Positions 35,089-49,246 of a DNA stretch of 64,000 nucleotides are shown here, in pieces. Each line of letters starts with the position of its first letter. The stretch's first letter is position 1. Under the pieces are notes generated by a model. The model was not told the origin of the DNA. It saw only the letters and a list, made by a program, of their open reading frames with translations, and made no database searches. A program made the position numbers and the translations under genes. The DNA is from Monocercomonoides exilis PA203. Lineage: Eukaryota; Protista; Preaxostyla. The stretch is from positions 806,001 through 870,000 of the forward strand of contig LSRY02000037.1 in assembly GCA_001643675.2 (NCBI GenBank). The letters run 5' to 3'.

Positions 35089-37629
35089 CAGTCGGTGCCA
35101 AAGCCGATCCTAGGTGCGAAACACGAACCAAGAGAGAGAAAGAGAGAATGCAATCATTTTTCGAAGTTGTTTAATATATTTTCAATTAAAGACCAAATAT
35201 ATTTAACTATTCGTTGAAACCAGGTATTTGGCAACATATTTTGAAATTTTCTTATGAAATAACGAACAAAGAAAATACATTTTGTTTTAGCATCATTATT
35301 TGAATAGTTAAAAATAATCGATATGAAGCAATTCTACAAAAAGAAGACTTCTAGTTAGTTCCTCAAAATTGTGTGAAGGCTAGAGTTTTATGCTGCAGTT
35401 GTATTTTGATAAGAATGTTTCTCAAATGCGTTTCTCTTTCGAATTGAATGAAGGAGAAATTTCTCTGGGTGGTTGATCAAAATCTCTGTTTTCATTTTTT
35501 GAAGTTGATTTCACTTCTTTTTCATCGTCTTTGAGTATTTCAATCATTCTCTTTGCTTTTTTTCTCGATTCCTTTTTTTCCTTTGCTTGTTCTTTATTCA
35601 ACATTTCATTAAGTTCTTGTCGACTATGTTTATTCTAAGGATTCTTTTCAGAAGAAGATGAAGTTTGTTTTCTAATTTTCGTCAGCTGTTTTTGAAGAAA
35701 ATGTGAATGCTCTTTTGTTGATTCAATTTGTTTCATTAGCTCTGAATCATCCATCTCTTTTGCTTCTTCTGATGATTTTTCTTCAGTGGAATTTTCGTTT
35801 GTTGAATATTTTCTGTGATTAACAATCAATGTTGGACGTTCTTTTGTTTTTTCAGAATCGTGGAGAGATGAATGTTATGAAGATTGAACAGAAGATAGTT
35901 GTTTATTTCTATGAGGAGAATAATTCACAAACAACTCTTCTCTCCAATCTTGCGAGTAAACAGATGTTTCAGAATTGCATTTGTGAATATGGATGGGGGA
36001 TCCAGATATGCGATCCAAGACTGGGGCAGCTGCAACAGGCCATACGCCTGTTTTTTTTGAACGCTGCTTTTATAGTCGAAGGCTTTACCGCAACAACAAC
36101 TGCTTCAGGGAGTGTGTCGGCAAGGGAAGATCTGTAGGAATGAATCGAAAACGGAATAGGGACGTGAAATTTATTGCATAGAGTTGCTTTCAAACGAGAA
36201 AAGATGCACGAGTCGCACGGTTGCAAGAGATGGGTCATATTTGGTAGAAAACTCTTCAAAATAATATTGAATTTCTCTGCAAAATCTGCCACACAATCGT
36301 CTGAATGAGTTACATGATTATTCATTAGGAACAGGACTTTATGTGTCGTCGTTGGCTCAACTTTTGAAACAATCGCAGGTGTCCAGTAATTGATCATGAT
36401 GTTTTTAAATATTTCTTTTGTAATCCAACCAGATGAAGAAGGAAGAACTTTGATGTCAAATGCATAAAGCGAAGAAAATTCTTGTGGTGAACTTTTCATG
36501 GGCCAAAGGAGAAATCGCTGAAGTGAAGAGCCATCTGCACAGACATACAGACACAAAGTTGAATTAGGAACTTTTGGAGGAGCTGTTGAAGCAGGCAGAA
36601 TTTGATTTTTTAGACAATCAACCAGTTTGCTTGTGCATTCACTCAAATTCAACGAAGATTCAACAATATCAAATATTCTCGATGAATCAATGTTATTCCT
36701 GCTAATAATCTCAGACAATTCTCCAAACCACTGTCTCACATTCTCTGGCGATTGAGCTGCAATTTTTGATAACTCAATAGGTTTCGATAATGCTGCATGA
36801 ATAATTTCGCTTCTTTTTAATAGCTTGTATGCGTACATTTCGTTGAGTTTTTTTGGTTCTTTATTTTCACCACATTCTTTTTCAAGAGTATCCGTACACT
36901 TAGAAACATATTTTTTTATTGAAAAAAACCCAAAATAAATCAAACCATGTTTTGGACATCATGAACTTAAATTGTTTCTTTTTCTGATAATTTCACAAGG
37001 ACTTGATTTTCAATTATTTCGAGCTGGCGTGCATTAATCGAAAAAGAAAGCCCATCTACTCCAACATCTCTTCCTTCCTTCTCCGCTTTTACACTTCTGA
37101 ACCAAGCACCTTTCGAAATAATGTTTACACCAACAACGGTTCGCAATTTCAGTGAATGATCACGGCGTATAGCAAATATCTTTTTGGTTGTTGAATGAAT
37201 GGAACGATATTTGCAGGATGCGAGTTCGCGATGAAGTTGAAGAGGATAAAGTTATGTTGAGTAACTCATGATATACGTTGTATGATCAAATGAATAAACA
37301 TTGAAACTTTTGATTAGTGATGTATTTGTTAATTTTTAAATTTTAATAATTTATTTTTATTCGTAATATAACAAATTAAATTATTTGGATTTATTTCTTA
37401 TTGTTGTGAACACAAAAAATAAAAGATTCATTGGTTTCAAAAACATCAGCCAAAATAATGAATTGTGTTCTTGTTGTTTCTTTTAATTGATTAATGATTA
37501 TTCTAGATGCAACTGCCTTGGAAATATCTTTTATAAATTCAATTTAGAGATAATTTTACAGAAATGAACAAGATCAATGTTTATGCAAGGATCGGGTTTC
37601 GCACCAAGGATCGGCTTTGGCACTGACTG
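35089..37629 (-). mobile_element. pogo-like (Tc1/mariner superfamily, DDE_1) transposon with degenerate transposase
   Basis: ~41-bp TIRs CAGTCRGTGCCAAAGCCGATCCTWGGTGCGAAAC flanked by TA on both sides. Minus-strand ORF with CADG, SSSGWIT and THLLQPCDSCIF; catalytic Asp positions appear mutated (FDIVES, LMNNH) and the ORF is frameshifted. Confidence 0.9.
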
Positions 37630-38809
37630 TAACTGCAAATACTTAAAATTTCATTAAAACATCAATATTATTGGTAATATTTTCATTATTCACTTTTATT
37701 GAATTTTTTGGAAAAGTTATAATATAGGCGATGGTTAAAAAATGGTTTTTATCGTTTCAAATGTTTCTTTCGAATCTTTTTAATTTTCCTCTGGTATGTT
37801 CAAGTATATCTGACTTGAAAAGTTCATCATAAGATGTGATACTAATGCTTGAAACAGAAATATAATAAAATTAAATTAATATTTACACATAAACGCTGAT
37901 TTGGAAGCATGTTGAGTGAATAATCCAATGAAGAAAGAGAACTTGAAGAAGAGCGATGTATACGAAATAATATCCTTCAAACAAGCTATGAAAGCAGAAC
38001 TGGTTGATCCATGCGTTTCTGTCAATTTGAGAATAAGTTATTGTTGCTGAAGATGAAGATGTTGATGATGAAAATAATGAAAAAGAATAGAAGGTGCATG
38101 CGACATCAACGAAGAGAGTGATATTTCTCTTGTCTTGCTGCCTTGCTTTTCTCGCAAAAGAGTCAGAAAAGTCAGATCCAGATTGGCTGCTCATCCAATC
38201 GGATTCTGTTTCTCCAATTCAGTGAAGGAAGGTAAAGATATATGAAACAAAGAAGATTGAAGAACAAAATAGATGAAAATGGAAGGAGTTGTCGAAGAGG
38301 AAAAACAAAGAGATAGATGAAAAAGAAGAAGACGATGAAGTTGGAGAAGAACAAATTGACAACAATGACAGAACATATGGCCAATAAATTAAAAATATAT
38401 TCTGATTCTTTCCCTTTCTCTTCTTCTCCTCCTTCTTCTTCTTCTCTGCTGCTCAATCACCACAAGTTTAATTGATTTTCCTCCCAGAATTCACAAGAGA
38501 GGAAGAAGTGAAAGGTGGCTTAAAATCAATAGTGGCGGAAGATGATCCACTCATTTTGTGTTTTTCATGCTCTTCCAAAGCAATCAGTGAAGATTGTGAG
38601 AAAGGAGTTGATGATGTTTGAGGGGTGCTTGGAGACTGGTGTGTTGAAGAAAAAGAAATTTCATTGAACGCAAACTTTATTCGTCGATGGCTCATGATTC
38701 CTTTTTTTCACGTTCCGAATGAAACTTTGTTGCTCCTGTGAATATGACGATTTGTGCATCCAAATCTCCTTCTGCTGCTGTGGTTGTTTCTCTTTTTCCT
38801 CTGCTTTTC

Positions 38810-38812
<3 letters not shown>

Positions 38813-38850
<38 letters not shown>
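38813..38850. repeat. (CT)n microsatellite
   Basis: Perfect TC dinucleotide run. Confidence 0.9.
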
Positions 38851-38854
<4 letters not shown>

Positions 38855-40121
38855 ATCCTCACAAAAATTCGCTCATAACCCTTTCCACTCCTGCTGCTTC
38901 CAAGCATTCCCATCGAATGCCGACTCACACAAATTGAACTTGAAACGGAAATGAAGTCACTTCCTTTTCAAGTTTCCATCTGATGCCTTCGTTGCGCAAT
39001 CATCAGCACAATTCTTGTTCTTTCTTCACTTCAACAGCAATCCAATCCCAAATCGTCCCTCACGCCCAACGCATTTTTCCATTTGTTCCACCAAAAAGAA
39101 AAAAAAAATATCATTCATCCATTTTCTATCTCACTTCATCATTTCTCCACTTTTCCAAAACTACTAGCATTCATCTTCTCATTTTTCTTCCTTTGCCTCT
39201 TTCACAAAAGCAATTTGTCAAGAAAATCTGTCAGAAACAAGGCACATAAGACGTTGTCCATTGCTCTAGAATTGTTCTATCGAAATTGAAAATATAAATA
39301 TACAATAGCGGGTGTGAATTTTCATTCCAATAAATAATCAAATAAATGGTTTTGCTTTCTTGAAATTGTTCGAAAAAATAAAATTTTGGCAAACATTTTA
39401 TTCATCATACGTCTTTTCCAATAAATTAAGTGCTTTTGCTGAAAATGTCCATTTTCAAGTATTTCAGCCTTTGGCAAATTTCTTTTGGCTGAAATAGCAT
39501 CTTTTTCTGCTCAAAGCATGCAAAATGCATCCACAATTCATAAAATGCAAAATGTGCATCAACGAATAAATTAATCGTATGTGGATCATTTCTTTGATTG
39601 AAAATGTTCATTTCGGCCAGGATTCGCTTTTCAAACTTCAATTCAGAAATAAATCATTGTTTCTGACATTTGAAAATTCAAAAATACAAATTATCAATTA
39701 ATTTAAAATATCACACTGCGATATGAAATTTTAAATATTTCTCCAAAAGCTCTTTAATTCTTTAAATAAACTTATGTTTTGAAGAACAACCACTGACCAA
39801 TTGTTGAATTTGAATGTGAAAGCCAATCTTTCTCAGATGCTTCTAAATATTATATAACATCAAAGAAACCACATTATATCGCTGTACACTTGTTGGTTGA
39901 TGAAATATCAACACATCAAAATTGTTGAATTCTCAATTAATATTATTCATTTGATCAAAATGAAAATTCATATTCTTTGGAAATGAATTGGGAAAAAAAA
40001 CAGCTTTTCATAGAAATACAATTTCACTATTGAAATCAATATTTTCAAAGTTTTTAACCCATATTAAAAAAAGGAATTCAGGAAAAAAAGAAAAGGAGAT
40101 TTCACTTGGGTGCAGGGCTCA

Positions 40122-43100
40122 ATGCTGTCGGGAATATGCTGTTTTGTCTTCATATTATTTTCTCAGTGCATGTGCAATAGCGTTTCAAATGAAGAAATAT
40201 TCCAGACAACGGAATTCAAGAAAGAAAGAATTGATGATGATCTCGAGAGAAATTGGTCGGACACCTTTCAAAAGGACGTTTTTGCCAATGAAATTGGATT
40301 GGAAACAAACAACGATGGAAGAACTGGTGGAACGAAAACAACGAAGAAATGCGAAAAAAGGAAGGATGGAGATTCAAAAGAAGAGAATGATGAAAAACTC
40401 AAATTCGGAGAAGCCTGTCCAAATGAAATGATTCGAGGAGCAAACGTGTCTGATGAACGAAAAATAAGGAAACAACAAAGATTTGAGGGAGAAAGTTGGA
40501 TTGAAGGATGTTTGATGTTTGCCAATTCTTCAATAAAACTCCACTCCCTGGGATTGGTGCCAAATGATGGCCAACGTGTCTTGAATGCTGCGAAAGGATG
40601 TTTGGTCGAAGTGAGCAGATGCATGATTGAGATTGGAGGAGAAATGCCTCCATTTTGTTTGAGTGGAAGTTATGGGCTGTTCACCAACATATCTCTCCGA
40701 TTCCCTTTGAATTCACATTTTCAGAAATGCCCATCTCTCTTCTCTTCAAAACCATTTGAAGGGGTTCATTCAGAAAAATGTCATGTTTTAGTTTGTTCCT
40801 CTCATTTCTCCTCTTTTTGTGTTTCTTCAGCCCCATTCCTCTCTTCACCCTCTATTCCTTTTGTATCTCTCTCATATCTGACATTTTTCAACATTTCAAC
40901 AGCGTCTTCAGATTGTCCATCTCCAACAAATTCATTTTCCCAAACCTCGTGTTTGATGAGCAGTTGCTCCTTTTCATCAGTCTGCGATGCATATGATGGA
41001 GGAATTGTCCCTTCTCTCAACAACCCCTTGGCATCTTTAACTACCTCAAACACTTCATTCATTGGGTGTTGTCGGAAAAGAAATGTAGAATTCATCGGGT
41101 CGAAAGACGTTAAACAGCATCCTAGGAGGCAAAATATAACAACCAATGGAACAAATTCATTCATTTGGTGCGAATGGAACGGATCGAAGACAATAGGAAC
41201 AAATAGTTCTATTGAAGACAGGATATCAAATGGAGGGGCGATTTGCATGTTCAGTTTATCTTCTGGAACGCTTTCAGTGAAATATTGTTCATTCAACATA
41301 TGTGAAGCGTTCTATTCTGGAGGAGGTATACATTGCTTCAATATCAAATCAGTTGATATAGTAAACAATACATTCGACTCATGCACTGCTCGAACATGGA
41401 TTGGAGGAGGGATGTGCGTTCATGCAGCTTTATCAAGTTCTCGAATCAGCGGATGTCAGTTTCGAAGTTGCCAGGCGTATGGCTATGGAGGAGGACTTTA
41501 TCTTAAAAATTTTGAGGGTTCAGGAACAAATTGTTTTGGAGAAGAATCTGGAGAATGGAAGGATGCATGTGTATTTGACTGCATTTTTTCTTCATGTTTG
41601 ATTTCAAATTATTATGGTGGAGGTATGTACTGCCATAGCATTCCTTATCAATTTAAAATGAGAAGCATTCAGTTTTTTTCGTGTAATGCATCTTCCAGGG
41701 GAGGCGGATTTCATTTGGAGCCAAATAAAAAGAATGCACCATCCGATGAGATTTATTGTTATTTTTTTTTCTTCCATGGATGCAAATGTCTGAAGGATCC
41801 TCCATATGGCCACGATGTGATATGTCTGGATTCGAACAATATCTTTTTTAATTCAGGCAATCCCTTTTATGAGTGCTACACCACAAATGAAAATGAACAA
41901 AGAGTTTGTTATGGATATAATAATGCAAATGAACAAAAATGGACATATGACGAAACATCAAAAAAGGATTGGCTGAAGAGAGGGATTCTCAATCGATTTG
42001 TGGCTGCGAGTGGTGGTGGCGAAGAAGAGTTATGTGGATTGGACGAGTCAAGTGCATGCCGAACCATCGGTGTTGCTGTTCATCAAAGTCGAACACAGAC
42101 GAGATTGATTGTCATCCCAATGGAAGGGAATCATCAAAGCGAAGAGACAACAATTGAGATTAAATCAATAAAGGTTTCAGTCATTGGTGCAGGCAAAGAG
42201 AAGAGTTCGATTGGAACAGGAACACTTTCATCAACTTCGATAACTCTGTTCAGTGTGTCAACAGGTCACCTTGGTTTATTGCACATGAAGGTTGACTGCA
42301 ACTCAAGTGCAAATCCTTCTTCTCCGAGTGTGGTTGTTGTGTCTGATGGAAGTGGGTCACTTTCATTGGAGGATGTTGTGATCACCGCAAGTGAAAATGG
42401 AGAATATGTGATATCAACATCAGTGTTTGTGGTTCCACTATCGCAGCTATCGATGGTTGGTGTGGAGATCAAAGATATGAATATCTCAGAACCATTGTTT
42501 TCTGAGCCAGAACATTCATCAGAAGAAAGTGTTTTGTCAAATGTGACAATTCAGAATGTGAAGTTGAAGATTGGAGATGGAGCTGTGGTGGCAAAGAATG
42601 TGAAGTCAGAAGAGACATTTGTGGTGAGCAACATAACAATAGAGAATTGTGAGTGTGAGGAAGGAAATGGAGGAGGAATTTGTGTTTGCTTGACAGGTGA
42701 TGGAGATATAGTTGTGAATGGAACAAGTGTGATTGAGGGATGCAAGGCAGGGAGTGATGGAGGAAATGGGGGGAGAGGAGGAGGAATGATGATTGTGATG
42801 GAGAATGAGGGATGTGGATTGACAATTGGACAGGATGTTGAGTTTTCAAAAGTGAAGGAGAATGACGCCTCGTTTGGGAAGGATGTGTTTGTTGATTGTG
42901 GGAGTGGAGTGTTTTTGGAGTTAAAAGTAAATATCAACTCATTTTCATTTTTTGACACAAGTTCCATTCCATCAGATGTGTTGAGGTTGAGTGGGAGTGA
43001 AAATGGAGATGAAAGTGAAGTGATTCCACTGTTTATTTATCTGTGCTCAATGGGGACAAAGGTGATTGTTGATGGGAGTGGAGGAAATGGGATGGATCAC

Positions 43101-46100
43101 GATCATTGTGGATTTGAAGGGTTTGGGTGTTTGACAGTTGATTATTGTGCAAACTCAAGATTGAGTGAAAGTTCAAATGAAATGGAGGTTATCTCATCTT
43201 CGTCAATAGCCAAGGAAATAACAGGACCATCATTTGATGCGAGTATTTCAGGCAGAATTGTGTCATTGGAAGAGGGAGAGAGAATTCTTGTGAGTGTGAG
43301 TGATGGAGAATCAGCCACATAAGATTGTCTTGTTGGATGTTCGAGTTCACTGACTATGAGCAGACTTTCATTCGTTGTGAAAGGTCAGTTGGATTCAAGG
43401 AGAAAAGCATTCATTCGTTCAACATCAACACTCAGTGTGACGAACTGTTCAGTCTCATTTGAAAGTGGCTCATTGACTGATGGAAAGATAGAATACAACG
43501 TGATAAACATTGAGGGAGGAGAATTAATTATGAATGGGTTTGTGATCGAAGGGTCAGTGACAATGAATGAGAAATCACCAATATCAATGGCAAGTGGAGC
43601 TCAATTGGAGATTTTGAAGAGCAGAGTGAGTGGAGTGGAGGTGGAAGGTGGAATTGGAGGAGGATGTTTGGATGTTGGTATGAATGAAGAAGGAGGAAGT
43701 GTGAATATTGAAGAAAGCAATTTATCATCAAGATGTTCAGGTGGAAGTGGGATGAAAGGAGGAGGGATGAAGATATCAATTAGAAGTGGAGGGAGCTTGG
43801 AAATGAAAAAGGTGAATTTTTCAGGATGTGAAGTACCATCAGAGGATAGCGAAGAGGGAGGAAAAGGAATTGGAGGAGGGATGTTTGTTGAACTTCCCAA
43901 TCAAATGGAATCATTTGTTTTGGAAGGAATGATATTTGAGGGATGCGATGCCTGGAAAGGGAAGAATGTGTTTGTTTTTGGATGGAATCTGAGTGAGGTT
44001 GTGAACAAAGAGAACTTCAAATGGGAGATGAGTTCAGAGGAGTTGAGATCGTTTGATGAGTTGTGTGGATGGGAGAGGAAGACAACAGGAGAGGAAGGAT
44101 ATGTGATTCCATTGGTTGTGTATTTGTGGTCAAACTGGAGTGGGAATGGGTTTGTTTCGAAGGAGAGAGGAAGAGACTTCAGTGGGTGTGGATATTCGGA
44201 AGCACCATGTTCATCGATTGACCACTTGATTTCACTGAGGTGTTCGACACTTGGAGAAGGGGAAACACATATTGCCATTGTGGGATCAGGGATACTGAGC
44301 CATTCCATATCATTTTCATCTTCATCTTCTTCGTCATCAAACGAAGAATCACCAAAAGTGGTGATTGAAGGGACAAAGAAAGGGACAGTTTTGAAAGCGA
44401 GAGAAATGGATGAAAATGGAGGAGGTGAATCGATGGTTGTTTCGAATGTTCATCTTTCATTCAAGAACATATCATTCACAATGCCGAATGAATTGTGGAT
44501 GCATTCGTCATTCATTCAATCTTTATCTTCCTCTGCAATGCTCTCAGTCGTGTGTTGTTCAATTGATTGCTCTGAGGAAAGGAGAGAGATGAAGTATTGT
44601 GTTGTGAAGGTGGATGGAGGAAGTGTTGCAATTGAGGATTTCATGTTTTCTGAGTTGAGTGTGGCGAAAGGGTTTGTGGAGTTTGGAGCAGAAGTGGAAG
44701 TGATTTCAGTGGTGAATGTGTCGATATTGAACACAACAATATCAGGGGGAAGCCTGATCACGCTGACTGAGGGATCACACAATTTCCAATTTATGAAAAG
44801 AGAAGAAAGAAACGCGAACACAGTTGTGAGAGTGAATGAGTCGACATTCACAAACATTTCGTGTGGAGAGAATGGGGCATGTGTTGTGAGTGCAGATTCG
44901 TTTGGGGTTGCTGTGGAGTGTGTGATGGAAGGGTGTGTGCTGACGAAGTGCATGAGCGAGAGGAGCGAGGAAGGAGGAGGGGTGAAAGTGTGTCTGAAGA
45001 GTGGGGAATCAGAATTTAAAGTGAAAGGATGCTCGTTTGTGATGTGTATGTGCTCAACTGTGGATGGGAGAGGAGGAGGTTTGATGATTGATGCAGTTGA
45101 TCCGAAAGCCGAATCGGTTGAAACGAAAATACCAGCTCTTGGGGTGAGACTGGAAAACATTCGATTTGTGATGAATGAGGCGTTTGTGGGGAAGGATGTG
45201 TTCATCAAGTGCTATTCGATTGCAGGGCAGGTGAATGAGACGCTGTTTGTTCTGGACTTCAGCCAGGATGCTTTGAAGTCGAACAACTCGATTTGTGGGA
45301 GGGATGATGTTGACAAGGTTGATGTTGATCTGATTCCATTTATCACATTCTATTATTCGGAACAGGTGTTTGTTTCAGTGAATGGGAGTGAGAGCAGGCA
45401 GTGTGGGGCACAGGAGAAGCCATGCCAAAGCATTTGCTGTGGAGTTCGGCACATCGAAAAGAATCTCATGAATGTATTGTGGATCGATGGAGAATGTCTG
45501 ATTGGGGGAGTGTGTGAGATTGGAGATATGAATGTGAAATCATTGAAGAGAGCGCAGGCAACCATTCATTTGAACACAATGATTGAAGAAGATGAAATGA
45601 ATGGAGGAAGTGTGATTGTGTTTGTTGATGAGTGTGTTGTGGAGAGATGTGGATTTGTGTTTGGGGAGATGTTTGGGTGGGATGGGGAAAGCATTGTGAA
45701 AGAGAAAGATGGGAGATTGGAGATTTCGGAGTGCAGGTTCAGCTCAGCAACAATGGATCTGGTGATGAAGAGCAGGATTGTGAGTGTTGAGAGTGGAGAG
45801 CTGAAGATGACAGAAACAACATTTGATGGGATCCACACCACAGCATCACTTCTCTCGTTCACCAAAGAGGGAAAGGTTTCGATGAGTGAGATTGGAGTTT
45901 GGGATGTGATGAGTGAATGTGATTTGATTTGTGTTGGAGGAAAGGTTGATATGGAGATGAAGGAAGTGAATTTTGAGAATAACTCTGTTTGTGGGAATGA
46001 GAGTGTGATGAAGATGGAGGGAGCCGAAAAGAGAATGAGTGTGCTGAACTGTTCATTTGCTCGATGCCAGGGCACAAATGAAAGAGGGAGAATGGTGGAG

Positions 46101-48242
46101 ATTTGTGAGTGTGTGGATGTGCTGATTGGATCATGTTTGTTTGATGGAGGAACAATGGAAAGAAATGAAAAGAATTTGAATGTCGAAGAGGAGATGTGCA
46201 GATGGAAAGGATCTCTTGTTGATATCACAAAGAGTTCAGTGATGATGAAAGATACAACATTATTGAATTCACCAGAAGGTGGAATTACAATGAGTGAAGG
46301 AAATGTGACAATTGAGAAAGGAGAGTTCATTGATAATAATCTGTCAATTGAAGGATATCCATCAATGAGAAGAAACATCATCTGTTCTGATTCAGGAACA
46401 TTGAATGTGATGAGTTTGAAAGGAGGAGATGGATGGGAAAGAAATACTTCACTTTGGATGTTGAATGATGGGTGCAGTTTTGAAGGGATTGCTTCAGAGA
46501 GGGATTCATCATTCTTCATTCCTGTGCTTGAAAGTGTGGAAGCAAAAGAAGAGGCAAATAGAATGAAGCTGATTTTCAAAGGAATGCTTCTTGTTCCATG
46601 CAATCTTTCATTCTCAGTTGTGAAGAGGAAGGGAGAAGAGAAAGAGATTGAACATTATGATTTTGATTCAAATGGGTTTTTATCCGAAAGAGAAGTTGAG
46701 GGAAGTGTGGAAAAAGATCTCCTCAGCAGTTGTGGAGATGAAATAGAAGTGAGTGCGTGCATTTTGTTTGGGAATGCTGAATCTCCTTCGTCAACAAATT
46801 CATTCATTTTAAAGAATACAAGCGAAACAAAACAAAAAGATGAAGGAAGAATTGTTGAAGGAGGGAAAGAAGGAAAATCCTATTGGTTGTTGATTGTAAT
46901 TATCATGGCAGTTATTCTTGTGATTGTTCTGATTGTATCTGTTGTTTTGGCTGTTCGATGGAGAAAGGCAAAGAATGAAGCGAAAGATCTGAGAGAGATT
47001 GTGAATGATAATATCAGAAAAGATCCGAAGCTGATTGAAATGGTGACGATGGAAATGTCGCCTGAGGAGCAGTGGAGGAGTGCAGAGAAAGAGGCAGAGA
47101 AGAAGAACGATGAAAGGATCAAGAAGAGGGAATATGCGAAAAGCCTTCAGCATTCAGAATCATCAGAACACTTGCTGGCTGAAAGTGGATCGACTGAATA
47201 CATCCTGGGGAGAGATTCAGACAAAATCCCTGATTGGGCATTGGAGAAGGTGGATGAAAAAGAAGAAGAGATTCGAAAGAGATCACCATCACCTTCCATT
47301 TCATCCACTTCAACCACGTCAACAACTGATTCAGATTCCACATTTGTTCAAGGGGAGGACATGTGTCCAACAACCTCATCGATGTCGAATCTGGTGGATG
47401 CAATTGCCTGTTCTTCTCCTCATGAGAAGCTGATTGTGGATCTTAGGGATTCACTGTTCATGTTGCTCCATGGAAGAAATGAGAAGAAAGAGATGGCAAT
47501 AGGAAGTTTGCAGGAGAGGGAGCAAACAGCTGCTCAGATCCTGTTTTGGGTGGCCAATCTTGCTCTCCACTCATTTGATGAAATGGAAGTTCCCCTTCAG
47601 TCGCTGAGCAGTCTGAGCCCGCACATTGTGCTGTTCTCAGAGCACATGGTCATATGCATTGTGATGCATTCTGATCTCCTTTCATCAGATGATTCGGATT
47701 CATCATCCATCTCCTCGTCAACTGTTGCGACATCTGCCAGCAATGATGATGATGATGATGATGATTCCCTGCCCTCGTCTGCGTTTGAGGATGAGGATGA
47801 CAACAAAAACGAGTGCCTGAGGTGGAAGGCGCCTGAGCTGCAGATGAACAAGAAGATGGAGGCAACAGAGAAGTCGGTGGCATTCTCGATCGGGATGATG
47901 CTGTGGGAGTGCCTGACGCTCCAGATCCCGTTTGGGGAGTATGAGGCAGAGGCAGCTGGGCAGAAGATAGTGAATGGAGAAAGACCTGCATTGGAGGAGT
48001 TACAAGCAAACTCATATTTTGAAACCATCAAGAATTGCATTTCTTCGTCAGCAGAAGACCGTCCGTCGCTCACGCAGCTGAAGCGGGAGTTCATAAAGCG
48101 CTTTCCAGCGGAGATGGTGATTGTGACGATGTCAGATGCGATTGAATTGGAAGAATCCTCTGAAGAAAAGGAAATGAAAAAAAGTGGATGTGAGAAAAGT
48201 GATGAAAGTGAGACAAATACGAATGAGAATGCTGCACAATGA
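40122..48242 (+). pseudogene. Giant type I membrane protein: Cys/Gly-rich beta-helix-like ectodomain, TM helix, degenerate tyrosine-kinase-like C-lobe; one in-frame TAA at 43320-43322
   Basis: Signal-like MLSGICCFVFILFSQCMC; repeated GGAI/GGGI/GGGM and CG..E.PC motifs; TM WLLIVIIMAVILVIVLIVSVVLAV; kinase C-lobe LRWKAPEL, FSIGMMLWECLTLQIPF, RPSL. ORFs 40110..43322 and 43356..48242 are in the same frame. Confidence 0.8.
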
Positions 48243-49041
48243 AAAAGCTAATTCCAAACAAAGGGAAACATTCTGACGTGAACGAAGTGAATGAATAGAT
48301 TTGATGTGTTTTTTCCAATCTTTTTTGTTTTTTTGAAAGCAACTTCAATATTTTTTTGTTTGTGTTGAATTTTGTTAAATTTTTGTTCAAATTAAAAATT
48401 TCTATTTTTGTTGAAAGAGATTTTGTTTGCAAATTGTTTGAGTTCTGCGATTATATCATGTGAATGTTAGCTGTTTTATATATTCTTGATTTCATCTTTT
48501 GCAATCTGTTTCGTTTCACATCTTTTGAGAGTGACACTCATAAAAGAGATGTCTTTTGGTTTTTGTTGATATTGTAACTCCAACACCTTTTATCTTCAAC
48601 AACATGTTTATATATGTAATTCCACACCCTTGCGTTCACGATTTATAATTATTCTTTTTTTTGCGTTTAAACAGAAGAATATTTATTGATGAGTTTATTT
48701 TCATTTTGATTTGAAAGATTACTGCGTTGAATTGATTTTTGTTTCACATCAATATTCATTCATTTTCAAATTCTTTCAGCGAAAACTTTCAGTTTGTTCT
48801 ATTCATAATTTCAAATTAAATCTTGTATGAAATGTTTTGTTGTTGTAATTGTATCTCTCTTTTTTGGAAGACAATTTCCTATCTTTTTGGTATTTGACTT
48901 AAATGATAAAGAAACAACGCCATTTTTTAATTGGAGCTAGTTTTTTTCCAAGGCAAATTGACAATAGGGTTGATTTTATTTCAAAAAATGAAATTATTTT
49001 CTAAATGAAAAATAAGATGTATATCAATTTCTTTCAAATAT

Positions 49042-49042
<1 letters not shown>

Positions 49043-49094
<52 letters not shown>
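49043..49094. repeat. Poly-T tract (52 nt)
   Basis: Direct read. Confidence 0.9.
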
Positions 49095-49096
<2 letters not shown>

Positions 49097-49246
49097 GATT
49101 TCTGGCTTATTTAAACATTGAACAAATAATAACATGAATTTTAAATTTTCAATTGAACAAAAAATTCGTATTTCATTGTTCTTTTCACAATTTCCTTTAT
49201 CAAAAGAAAACCGTAACAAACTATTTTTTGTAAAAATGAACAATTA

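Noticed and set aside
37883-39650. Short ORFs between the pogo element and the receptor gene
   Set aside because: Fragmented low-complexity frames on both strands with no recognisable product; possibly an old pseudogene.
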